Positions 1-13,300 of a DNA stretch of 59,783 bases are shown piece by piece; the first letter of the stretch is position 1, and each line of letters opens with the position of its first letter. The translations under genes were made by a program, and so were the position numbers. The notes beneath the pieces are model-generated. The model made no database searches and was not told the DNA's origin. It saw nothing but the letters and a program-made list of their open reading frames with translations. Location: assembly GCA_030141605.1 (NCBI GenBank), contig JAQGDQ010001140.1, positions 1 through 59,783 of the forward strand. The letters are read 5' to 3'. Source of the DNA: Tubiluchus corallicola (taxonomy: Eukaryota > Animalia > Priapulida).

Positions 1-505
1 TCTAATAGTAAAATTTTATATTTCGTATACTCGAAGCAAATTACAAACACTGAATTTTAATCATACTGTATTAAATATATGTATAAGGTGGAGACGTATG
101 CAGGTGCCAACCTTGGCATACAAGAAAATGTTGAAAATAATTGGTTATCTTTGAAACACGTATTCTAATGATTTACTGAACAACCAAAATTGTCAGAGTG
201 TAGTCATTGCATATTTACTGATTACAACTAATTGCATTCATTGACAGTCGGTTAGTGCTCGTATTTGTTTATATTTTTTAAATATCTTTATATATATATA
301 TATTTTAAATACTTGGTTTTTATCATTTGAAAAGTATGTTTTAAATTAAATAAAATGTTAAACAAAAAAAGCACAAAACGAAAGGCAATAGAACTTCTTC
401 CCCAAAAGCAAATTTCACAGTTGCCAATAGCTTGTAATTCAAATACAGTGTTGTTAATGTACTGTACAAATTCTGGATATTACATCGTCACACCATTCCT
501 CACTC

Positions 506-705
506 GCCATTTTGTTCTTTGCTTAATATGGCTCAGTACAGAATTATGCATTTGACGGCGGCCATTTTGTTCTTTGCTTAATATGGTTCAGTACAGAATT
601 ATGCATTTGACGGCAGCCATTTTGTTTTTTGCCTAATATGGCTCAGTACAGAATTATGCATTTGACGGCGGCCATTTTGTTCTTTGCTTAATATGGCTCA
701 GTACA
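506..705. repeat. 55-bp minisatellite, about 3.6 copies
   Basis: Near-identical unit GCCATTTTGTTCTTTGCTTAATATGGCTCAGTACAGAATTATGCATTTGACGGCG starting at 506, 561, 616 and 671. Confidence 0.95.
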
Positions 706-1005
706 AAAATTCTGAAATAAATGCACGTGTTTTTCTTAGGGTGACGGTTTTGTTTGAACGTTCTGTAAGTTTTCTGGTCAAATACGATGTCTCAGAATAG
801 ATGACTATGTTTCAGCATTTTTTTTTATTAAAAAACTAATATATTGATCAGCATATGTTCAAAATGCAAAACAGTGTTCCCAATCCAACGTCAATATTTT
901 ATTTTTAATTCACACCATAAACATTTGCAATATATACTAAAAATACATTTAGACTATTACACACAGAAGTGCATTAAATAATTACTGCACAATTTCTCTC
1001 ATTTT

Positions 1006-1193
<188 letters not shown>

Positions 1194-2208
1194 GTTCTCA
1201 TTATAAGCACTCATAAATAATTAACTTATATTAATATTGATTGCACACAAAGCTATCAATAAAACAATCAATTGAAATCGATATTCAGTAATTTAATTTG
1301 GCAAAGATTTTTGTAAATTAAGGGCATCCTAACGCTTTACTTCTTTAATTCTCTTAAAACCTGCTCCAGTAAATTAATGCAGTGGTGTTGGTCAGTAATA
1401 CATACTACAGCCGAAGTTTAGACTACACTAATATCAGAAGCACGTGCAAGTTAAAAATTTCACAGCAGAATAGTAGTTTAGTTTAGTTTTAGTGGTTTTT
1501 AAGTCATGGCAGTTTGACACAGCGGAAACAAAGGCAAAAATTGATTGCTGCGCCCAAAAAACTCTTTAAAAATATGGAAACTATATCAACACAGTGACAC
1601 ACAAAATTCTGTAAGACCAGCGTGGCATTTTTCTATTCGTGATGGCTGCTGACTCAGACAACGAGTAGTTGAAGTCATAATTGCAAATTAGGCCTATTAC
1701 ATATATAAGTTGCGCTTACACACTCATTAATGACGTGATAGTGTGAGACTGGCGCAGGCGCAATCTAGTTCAGTTCTGTAATCTAGTCTGATTCTGCAAT
1801 TTCTACTCCAAGACATAGTAGTATAATTCCAAACTTTAGATCACAGTAGCAACTCAGCAATTTTCACCCAAGACAATGTAGAATAGCACAATTCACTTTT
1901 TCTAACGGAAAGGATACAGAAAAGTCAATACAGTTAAGTTAACTTTATAGAAGATTCTTACTGCTTTAAACGGCAAAACTACTAATCAACGTTTTACTAT
2001 AATATTTTACTATATCAAATTTTTTTGATCACTGTACTTATTGAAAATGAGCTATGACTTCAATTTTCCTTTTTAAATCCATCTGCTAAAACAAGTCTCG
2101 TTTTCACACAGACCGTATTAACACCATTTCAGGAATAAAAGAGAATACCCCTTCAACAAATAATTACGTGCAAACTGTCAATGAAAACTGACCATGTGGA
2201 TAGAGTTC

Positions 2209-2357
2209 TACAGAGCCGCCGAAGGGACATTGTGAAACAAATTTTAATATTTCATATAAATATAAATATAAATTTTTAATATTTTTTAATTAGTATTTCG
2301 TGCGCATGGATTAAACGAATTAAATTTTTTTCACCATGTCCCTTCGGAGGCTCCGCA
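2209..2357. mobile_element. 149-bp MITE, IS3EU-like
   Basis: Terminal inverted repeats TACAGAGCCGCCGAAGGGACAT...ATGTCCCTTCGGAGGCTCCGCA, flanked by a 6-bp direct repeat GAGTTC (2203-2208 and 2358-2363). TAYGG-like termini with 6-bp TSDs fit IS3EU. Confidence 0.75.
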
Positions 2358-5300
2358 GAGTTCAGCGGTTTGAATATCATTCTTTTGAATGCCACACTAC
2401 GTCACTGCCATTGTTTTGAAGGACCACGTGGCTGAGCAATTTTCAAGCAAAGTCTCAAGAAAGCACTCAATTACATGAACAATAGTAAATTTGTAGTTTC
2501 GTTTGTGAAGTCAGCATTTATGCAGTATTTATTTTGGTACTATCATAATTTAGCAAGAACGAAAATCTAATTCACACTAGCACTTTCTAAGACATCTGTA
2601 GTACTTGTTCTAAAATGAGAGAGACAAATATTTCTCCTCTTACGTAGCGTGCAAAAAGCGAATAGTGGTGAATTCTGCCATGCGTGATACTACCAAGCAA
2701 GGGGAAAGGCTCTGCACAAGTTCTCTTACCACCACTGATTGTCACAGTTACTGTACAATCCGCAACCTCTTTAAAAATCTACCAAAAAATCTGTAAAATC
2801 CAGAAAACGAGAAAAACCGTATAATTTTAAAAAATACAAGAAAAATCCGTAAAATCCAGACAAACACAAAAAATTGTAAAAACAAGATAACTACCAAAAA
2901 AATATGCAAAATCCAAAAAACTGTCAAAAAACCTTCAAGATCACTATTATCCAAGAGACCTGCAAATCACAAAAACAAAAAACACTCCTTCTTAGTCTTG
3001 TTTAAACCAGTTCGAGGTTTCTGGTGAGCATGCTGCAAAAGCCTCTGAGCTATATCATGTCAGTTACAAATATTTCAGTGACATTTGTGACTTCGCCCTG
3101 TTTGTCAACATAGTTTGTGAAATTGTTACAGCAAGAAAACAGCAAATGTTTATTAATGAGCACTGCAAGAGGCATAGTCATTGAATTGCACTATTTATTT
3201 ATTTCGGAATCTAATCCATATACACAAATTCGTAAATAAATACAAGAATAAAAACACAGCTAAAAACTAATTTTAAATCTTTTTACAGTAAAATACATGG
3301 GTACAATTACGCATTCAGTTACAAACAAAATTTGTAATTTTGTACTTGCTAAAATTCAAGAACAGATGCTGATACCAGAATTTTAAATACATTGTATTAA
3401 ATAATTACTAGAGTGATCTAATCGATTTCTAGACGAATAAACAGCTTTTCGTTTGATCAGGTTAAAGTGGTGAATTTGCAAGTTGACACACATTTGACTA
3501 GCGTTGCAAACACAGCTGTGAAAATAGCTTTTTTATACACTTTTTATAGGTAACTTTCAGTTCTTTAATAATATATGCATTGTAATTTCTCCACAATGGT
3601 ATACCATAGACACTTGTGCAATAAGTTTCAAACTATTGTACTTTAATATCTTTACTACAAAATGAAAAGTTTCTAATATGAATGTATGTAGAGCGTGCTA
3701 AAGTGATTTTCTAACTGCCTCAGTTCATTGGTAAACGGAAAGTTGTTTTTGATTTTCGGTTAATATACCTGTCTGTGAGAATGTAAAAAAATATAAAGCA
3801 AGGAGTAAGACAACACAATAGACTTATTTTGACGCTTTAATAAGCAATATATGTGAAAATGGGGTTGGTAGTGTGGCTGACGAAATCACATACACTTAAG
3901 TCTCCTCTGCGTACGTAAATCTTTCAATTCAACTCTATTTAATTTAATAGAAATTTATTTAAATTGTTAATAGCAAAAGGGATACGTGGACAAGAACAAC
4001 GATGTAAATTCCCCCTTCATGCAGTTAGCTTTTAGAAATTATCACAGCATTTAACAATTTTGCGACTATTTGCGACCACTGTTAGATTAACTTAATAGTT
4101 TTTGCAGTTAATATGTAACATAAACGACGTTTTAGTGTTGTTTTTCTTATTTTAATTAAAAAGGTAATCATTGAAATAAGAAGTAACTAGAAAATAATGC
4201 AAAAAAACCAATAAAATATGGCAAATTTAAACCTACGTAGCTTATGTTGGGTAATGAATTAATGAAATGCCAACTTAAGCTATTTATAGGTATCTATTAG
4301 AAAATAATAATTTTTTCTTGTTTGCTGCATTTTGCACAAGTTAATTTACACAGCTTCAAGTCTTCGATGAGTTTATTTCAAATTTCTACCATTTCAATTA
4401 GGCCTTTTTTATCACTGAAGCCTGAAGCAATTCGCATGTTTTCGATGTTCCTTCGAAAAGTTGTAAAGTTGTTTTAATTTTTTCAAGTCAGCCTATCAGC
4501 AAGACCTGGTAACTAACTATATTAAAAAGAATTCAAGTTAAGAACTGAACCGATGGTATTCAACAAATAAAAATCTCAAGTTTTTGCCAGCCATGTTGCC
4601 ATGGTAACACAGTTGGAATTATTATGCTGTTCATTTATCTTAAGCCTGTTTCCTGTTAAATAATGCCTCAGTTTTTTGTCCTTTTAGAGTGAGCTCAAAA
4701 GTTCCGCTTTACTCTCCCCGATTTTGGTTTGTATATTTTTAAACGGTATCTGACTTTATCATCTCAATGTGATTATCATTATGTAAACAGATGGTATTTG
4801 TTTCCATGGCCGACGCACATTAGCTAAATTAAAATTATTGAAAAAGAATCATTGAAAACAAAATTTTCTAGTTATGGACTGCTAAGCAAACTAGCTGGCC
4901 CTGCCTAAAGATTCATATAGGTCTTTTCCTAGGCTTCACCTAAGTCTTGTTTGTGAGCAAACATGACAAGTTTTAATCGAATAAATGCACGAAAGCAGTA
5001 CAAAATCAGAGTCTGAAAAATTTTGCAGCTTACCGGGACTCGAGCCCACGTCTTCTGCATTTCAGGCACCTATTTAGCTAACATATATTATTAGCTTATG
5101 CATGCAAGTTTGGGAACTCAATAGAGTAACCCTTTTCCTTGTTCCTTTTGATTATGCAGTTCTCAGGTCTTTGCAATGAGTGTCCTGCTCTAGGCAGTAG
5201 CTCAATGTCACCTTTGGTTTTGGATGATAAATGCGCATTAAGTGTTGACTGACTAATGACTTTCAGCAATTCTGCTTTTTTAAGTACCTTCCCGTCGTTT

Positions 5301-7388
5301 TACCTGAAATTTTAAGCGCATGGCGAAGTTGAGATATATATAGCTGAGTTGTCATGGCACTGAGTTTGGTGTCCGAGGCTAAGAATGGCACCAAGGTTGG
5401 TCATTAAGTGGATGAGCGAAGCGCGTGCAGTTCAGATAGCAGTCTTTGCGTGTGCGTACGTGCCATTCAGGTAAGATCGTAAGTCCACCACTACGACGAA
5501 TTCAGGTACCACCCTCTGGTTATGCGTACGACATGAACCTGAATAGTACCTAAATTTTTGTCTTAAGCTTCTCGCAAGTAGGCGTTTGCGTGTTTAACCA
5601 ATAACCGTACGGCAGCTGTTCCATCTAGTGCGTACACAGTCTGGGTTTCCTCATATAACGGCGATCTACGCTCGTATCTGAATCTAGGGCTAGGTGCCGG
5701 TCTCGCCATAAACGCTGGATTCCGAATAGTATAAAAGTAATCTTCCTCCATTACGTTAGGCTTTGTAGTGTCCTGAACAATTTGTGTGTAATTGAAAATC
5801 TCGCCATTTTATCTGCATTTAAAAACCATTATTTCTCCAGGTGAAAACTTTGCGACGAGGTTCGTTGGACTTCTAAGAATCAAACTAGTTAAAGGGCCAC
5901 AAGCCGTAATTACCCAGTGAGTGAGACATAAACTGCGATTATATCTCCAGCTTAGCACAATGAGCCCAGTGAGATTATTTTAACCATGTCACGCTTGTTT
6001 GATGTGCAAAAAACGTCGTGACGATTGGTGTGTGTGCGTGTCGTTGTGTTAAACGTAACGTAATCAAAATCCGTTGTTAACAAAGTTGTAAACACAGTAA
6101 GCACGTAAGTTTAATTAAGTTGTTAATTAGAAATTAGTAGCTGGATTAGTTTAATTTAAACCTTGTTTTATTGTAACATGACAGATTATGATATGGCTTG
6201 AACAAGACAGTTTTTCAACTGATAGACGTTCTTGCCATTGGAACGTAACACTTAGAAGAGTGCAGACAATAAACGAACAGTTGTCGCATTACAGCATTAC
6301 TACTGGCAGTATAGGTACATACAAAGCATAATGTTGAGAATAACAATAATATTACTATATAAACAATGTAAACTAATACAATGGTTAGAAGCGCTCAGTA
6401 AGAAATATAAATTTCTGTACAAGCTTAAATACTTGAATATGAAGTATTTGAGTGCTGATTGACATGAAGAAGCAGATAGCGAATTCATTTGCTGACAGAT
6501 TATAAATTCTAATATTATAAGGAATTAACAAAGTACAGAGTTTGTTTAGTAAGATGTCTCGAGCCTGGGGTATTAAGGGCAGCTAATTAGAAAATGACTA
6601 ATTGTTTCAAAAGAGGCACCGCATATAGAGGTAGGTAGCAGTACTGGGACGGGCTGTTCATTTTGTGCATTAAGTAGTTCGTGGGGGATAAATGTGGAGG
6701 CATGTTTCACAAAATTGGTACTAGTTGTTTGGAAAAAATTATTTATTCAAAAATTGATTTTGCTTGTGTGTATCGTTCAGTACAATACTGCCTAGGAAAA
6801 TAACAGGGGCTGTCGCGGAAGCTTATAGTGGGAGTGTCACTTAGAAATTTTTCATTAGTATTTTGAAAGTACACTGATTTGTCAAACATTGCAGATGTTA
6901 GGCAGCTAATTACCGGTGTTACATTAAAATGTTTGAAATTTTTTTTTCTAAAATATTCACAAAAGAAGAAAACACTAACTGATTCAATCATGCTGCGTCA
7001 GTTGTCTTTTTATCACAGATTTTAATTTTATCGGTGACGGCGTAGCTTGCGAAAGCTATTTGGGTAGCTTATGAAAAAATAAGCAAGAAATTGCTTTGCT
7101 CTATGCATAGTAATAGGCACGTCAGTTCCAAAATCATAAACAGCAAAATGTCGCCATAAACTAAACAATTTTGGGGACTAATTTGGGGACTGGACCACCA
7201 GGCCGACCTATTTAAGTAACAATGCAAACGTTACCAAAACTGATTATTCTAATTACTGTAACGAATTAACTAAGTGAGCTTCAGCTATAGGTTACTTTGC
7301 ATATTAAGCTCATAATTATGAGATCATGGAAAACTCCGGAAATGCGGTTATAAAAGACATAAATTTTTATGTGAAATTTCAGGAAAAA

Positions 7389-10300
7389 ATGGAAGACATT
7401 TTGCATCAACTGCGCAATAATTCAACTGTTGATCCGGATGTGGTTGATTTTCTTCAGAAGTTGTTAGACAGGCAAAGCGTGCTGCAAGTTAACATTGATA
7501 ACTTCTTCCTACTGACGTGCGCAGCTTTAGTATTTTGTAAGCATCTTTTTTATTCTAAAAAAATCGCTTTTCATTGCTAATTTTTACTGTTGAAATCATT
7601 TGCACGCGTTCAGTGCTGTTTTTAGGGTTAGTGTTACTGGGTTTATAAAGCTTCATCTTTCTCACGAATGGATGTCGCCACGTTATACGTAATATGCTGT
7701 TCCTAGCACTGTTTACACGTTGGGGGTCGTAATTAGTACTACTAATTACCAATTTCTTGTAATAGTAAAACTAGTGTTAAACAAATAGAAGCTAATGCGC
7801 GCGTTTTTTTCTTTTTGTGAAATTGTTTTGTTTTTTCTTGTTTGTTTTTAACTGCGGGATTTTTTAATTCATGGTCGATAATCTTGCCATTGAGAATTAA
7901 TTTATGTTGTCAGAAGCGAATGCATCTAAAGTGTTTTCAGTTAATATTTAAAGTTTGATAGGCCTACTTGTCAGCTTTATTTTCAATGATCCATAAGTGC
8001 AGTACTATTAAGTTCGGTTGATTAACATTGAAAAAACAAAGTTTTAAAAACTAATTATAATAAGAATTTTTAAAAATTCTTGGGCTAATATTTGTTTATT
8101 AATCAAAAGTTATACATGACCTTTAAAACTTGCTTACAAAATAAAATAATTACCAAACTAAGACTTTTTTTAATAACAAGCGTCAATGTTTTAGCAAACC
8201 CTTCTGATACTTTCAAGGCCAATTGTAAGTCAGAAGTCAAAGTTCAACATACTATTGTCCTACCCCGCTCAGGGCTACACATCCAGTGAGTTTCGTGACC
8301 CCAGCTTGCAAGCCTAACGAGTTATTAAACCCAAAGTTTGTAAACATCCAACATAGTACTTGGTAGTAAAATTATATGGGCCTCGTGGGGGTCAAGCACA
8401 TTGTGTCATAAGTTGATAGGACAATGGGAATTCGATGTGATATATGAGAATATTAGGAGTAACATTGAGATACTGACACTATATATATTAACATTGATAT
8501 ATTAACACTATATTTCACTTGAACTTGAAAGATTTTACACTTCATGTTATAGTTATGCAAGCTGGTTTTGCATTTTTGGAATGTGGAGCAGTCAGAAGCA
8601 AAAACACTACGAACATTTTGATCAAAAATTTATTGGATGCCTGTAAGTATCTGAATTATTGTTAGTTATTTATAGGCGTAATTATTTTAGGTAAATTGTT
8701 ATGGATTAGTTGATGACAATAGTGAGATAACAAACTCATTGTTTCCCTGTTACAGTAAAAAAATTATTGGTAACGTTTTTTGAAATAAATCAACAAAAAT
8801 TCATTCCAGCGAGGATTCTGTATGTGTGTACTGTGTAATGGCTTCCCAGACAAAAGACTTCTTAGTATTCGGCTTAAATTTGCTGGCAGGTGACAAATAG
8901 AAGATCTTGGACAATGCTGTTATTGCTATTTTTCTTTTAGAGACTATTATTACTAGGCATATTGTTTTAAGCTTTTGGCATTGCTTTTACTGAGCTATAG
9001 ACTTACAGTTATAAAAAAAAGAAAGCACTTATAGGAAAAATTGTTGTTTGTCAAAATGGCATAATGTTATTGCTGTTATTATTGACGACGTTAATGCGGC
9101 TGTTGCTACTGTGGTATCATCATCATCGTCATCGTTGTTCTTATCGCTGTTCCTTGTTGTTGAAAACGACCAAAATAGAATCATTATGGGAATATAATTC
9201 CTATTTTCCAGTATGACAAACCAAAACGGTAATTTTGCACCTTTTCAAAATGTTTTTTTGAACAGTCAGTAATTATAGTATTAATAATTCCTAATGAAGA
9301 ACAACAGGACAAAAAACTGCTTCTCCAACGAAAAAAAAACAAGCTAAAATAACTGCTAACCTGAATGAGGGCACTCCATATAAGTGCACATGTAGGTGCT
9401 CTTCATATAATTGCATATCCTTGCTTTGAGGCGGTGTCACAATGGTCAGAAAAAATTATTCTGACATTCGTTGTAAACTTAACCTTTGATCTTTTGAAAC
9501 AAAAAGCGCAGGATTTACAGATCTGGCACAGTTCTATCTCTGTCCCAGGTTTGGTATTATTGTTTCCATCGTTTTGATTTTACAAACATTTTTATTTTTT
9601 GAACATGACCTTTCACCTCTCGAAAAGAAAATGTTTCATACAAAATATTTCGCGAATATTTATTCATGTGCGAATAAATAATAAATAAAATGAGGATCAG
9701 CTCCTGCCCCAGACCTTGAACCAACTTTGGAGATTAAAGAAAAAGCCAAACCTTAGGGGAAGATGAGCTTATTTTAACATTTGGGAAAAACTTTAGAAAG
9801 TTTCGGCAATAAAATTATTGTGATAAGCATCTCGTGTAATTAGTAAAATTAATTTAAAGTCGTGATTACTTAACGCCTGGGCGCGCTTGTTTTAGACGAA
9901 AAATGGCGTCGTCCGGTTTCCGTGCAATATAAACTCTCATCACGCCAGGTGCTTCAGAATCTTTTTTTAGCTTATAGAGCGAACTCTATAAACTAAGTAA
10001 CCAGCTCGGCACCTACTACATGCTGGCAAGTTTACACGAGCTGTCTAAAAGTCAACAAAAATCTGTAATTTAATTATTTACACAATTAATGTTAATTACT
10101 TGCACATTTTAAGATGTAATCCTTTAGATTAAAGCAATGTAAGTTATGTAACAACTTTAAATTTGTTCATAATTGATCGAATGACTAATTTCTAGAGAAA
10201 CACAGTTAAACACATCATTAGAATAACGGAATTTCTAAGCAAACTGTTCTCAGAGCTTCCTTCACGGCATTCCTGCTGCCTAGCAAACACCAGCTTACGT

Positions 10301-13300
10301 CATTTTTTGAAATATGCCGGCATCAACGTTCGTTTGGCGGGAGATAAGAAACATTTAAATTTCTTTTACATTTTTAAGGTTCTAAAGCACTCTATGCGCA
10401 TATTTTGTATTGTGATTTGAATACTTTTAATTGTACATTAAAATGCAATGAATATTGTGCGAGGGTTGGTTCTTCCTTTAACGTTTAATTCTTTTCTTGT
10501 GCGTCAGATAGACAGACAGACGCATGTGCGGGCATTCTTGACACATACCCAAACAGACGCAGTTAAATTCCTGGGCTTTCAGTCATTTAAATGGGAATTA
10601 TCCCTGCTAACTCAAGCGTTTCTTCAGAACTGTCCAATGTTTGTTAGCTACAGTATTTCCAATTACAGTTTTTAGGCTTATTACAGCATGAAACGGCCGA
10701 TTAGTGTTAGGGGGTCAATAGCCGACATTTGAACTGTACTTCTAAACCTGATCTTCTGCCGCAAACCATAAAAAGATTTTCCTTCCGCCGTTACTAAAAA
10801 AATTAAAGTAACTCTTTCATGCTTGACTTCGTTTGATCAGACACCGGAAGTAGTAAATAGCATTGAAGATGCAGTCTAGACTCACGGCAGCTCATTCGTG
10901 AGCGGACAAAGTTGCCATTTAACCACAATTTTGGGCAACTTTTGGCAACACTGACAAAATCGTGTTTTCGATATGCAATAACATCTAAAAACTTGTAACA
11001 AATATGTAATAATATCTAGTATCTAAATTATAAGTAAGTAAGCTATTTTATTTCGAACATGAGGTTCATAAAACATATTTACAATTAAAAACTAATATTT
11101 ACAAAAGTTATAAGATAAACTTAATAGAATAAATGTTTACATATTAGAAATGTTAGTTAAAATGCAGCTAATCACCTGTACAATGTTAATTGCCCAAAGT
11201 TACGTAATTAAAAAAGTAACCTAGGCCGGTTTCACAAAGCCGTCACGTCGTTATTAATAGTTAAGTGAATCTAATAAAGACGTCGTTAACTTTGTGACGG
11301 CTTTGTGAAACCTGTCCCAGGATATCTGGATTTCTTAAAAAGCAAGTCATATTATTATCAGAATTAATCAGTCGTGTCACAAGTGAATAACAAGATTTTC
11401 CTATTATAACGTCAAAATAAGGAATATTTCGATCTATACACATTTGCCGAGCGCTACAATCAAACGGCAACTTAAACAGTTTTCTAATACAATTATTTTA
11501 TGTAACTTTTAATTGCCGATGTGAGTACGTTAAATAATCTCGCCAGAGCGACCTTCGATATATACATATACAAAATGTATTAAACAATCGAACTCTTATT
11601 TCATCATTACATTTAGAAAATTTCGGATCAAAATATTAGCTTTAGCAGCTAATAAACAGTTCATGTCCTCATTATAAGTACCTGTTTCAGATATAATGTG
11701 ACCAATATATTGTTCTCTAGAAGTAGGAAACAATTTAGAAGAAGAGCAGTCAATACTGCTATTTTGATATGCATCAATTAATGCATTTATATAACTAATT
11801 TTATTAGCTAATAAACACACATCATCGGCATACATTAGGTGATTTAGAATACTACCGTTTATTTTACAATCAACACCAGTTTGACACAATTATCTACTGA
11901 GACCACGAAACAGTAATTAAAGAACCAGGCAGAAAGAATGCCATCCTGCCGCACACCATTTTCCAAACTAAAATGGTTAAAAACTTGATGCTCCCACTGG
12001 ATTGCTATGGTTTTGTTAATATTAAAATGAGCCAGGAAACGTATTATAATTTTTGGAATATTTGTTTCTGCACAAATTTTTGCGAAAGAACTTATGATAA
12101 TTAACACGATCGAACGCCTTAGATGTATCAACAAAGCAGCCATAAACTGGAGTGTTCTTGTTCCTATAGAAATCTATGACTTCCTTTAATACGTAAATGC
12201 ACATTTCAGTGCCATGTTCAGGCTTGAATCCAAATTGATTGTCGGCTCTCATTAAGAGATCGTAATAGGGAGTGAAGATATTCTGTTCAAGAACCTTGCT
12301 AAATATTGTACTTAATGCAATGGGTCTATAGTTATTGCTAACAGTTATGTCAGAATTTTTGTCCTCCACTACGGGTACTAAAATTACTAAAATGGTAATG
12401 GCGATGCCTTCAGGTCTTGCTGACTTATTGGTTTGTGTTTTAACTGTAATTACAGATTGAACTTCTCCAAGTAAAATATTAGAAATAGTCTCTACGTCAA
12501 CACCCGAAAAAAGCTTTCTAAGAAAAATTGGTAAATTACCATCGTCCACAGATTGAAAAGGTTTTCGTAAGAGAATATCCAATTGTGATAGTAGCAGGGT
12601 CAAAAGCAATATCAATTTTATTAGATAGTGGCATTTTGCTATTAACTTGAGATCTTACAGCTGACCACAAATTTCAAAAAATCAAATAATAAAGCTGAAA
12701 TGGATGCGTTTCAAAAAGCGAAATTACAGAAACATTTTGGGTATTAAATGGCCAAAGAAAATTTCAAACAAAGATCTATATGAAAAAATAAAAGAAGAAC
12801 CTTGGAGAAAAATAAAAAGACGCCGTTTAAGATAGATTGGACATATGCTTAGACTACCTGATGATGTTCCAGTGAAGACAGCTCTTCAACAAGCCATAGA
12901 ACCAACTAAAAAAACCTGCAGGAGGACAAATGTTAACATATTTAGATTTTGCACAGAAAGATTTAAACACTTCAGCATTGATCCTTAGAAATAAATCCAC
13001 TAGGGGCATTGCAGCGAGTAGTGAGTCCTGGCACAGGGAGGTGAGCAGAATCATGTCCCTGGACGTGTGATTCATTGGATGATGGATGATGGTAAACAAA
13101 CATTGGTAACCAAAGACGCTTTCTGTACCTCGTATGTCATTCTCGCTCATTCACGCCCAAGACGCAAAACATGACGACTCTTTATGGCAATACGCGCGTT
13201 CACAATTCGCTAGATAAAGGCAAGTTATTTAATTTAACTGTTGTTAATCTTTCTTGTTTAATAATAACTATGAATTCTTTGTGTAATCATAATAATGCGT

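Noticed and set aside
506-705. CRISPR-like appearance of the 55-bp repeat (and the 36-bp repeat at 45943)
   Set aside because: Head-to-tail units with no unique spacers, no cas genes, and a eukaryotic context.
7326-7388. Upstream in-frame ATG extending Amt (MENSGNAVIKDINFYVKFQEK)
   Set aside because: It spans an AT-rich tract ending in a good acceptor (TTTCAG), so it is more likely intronic. The ATG at 7389 is preferred.
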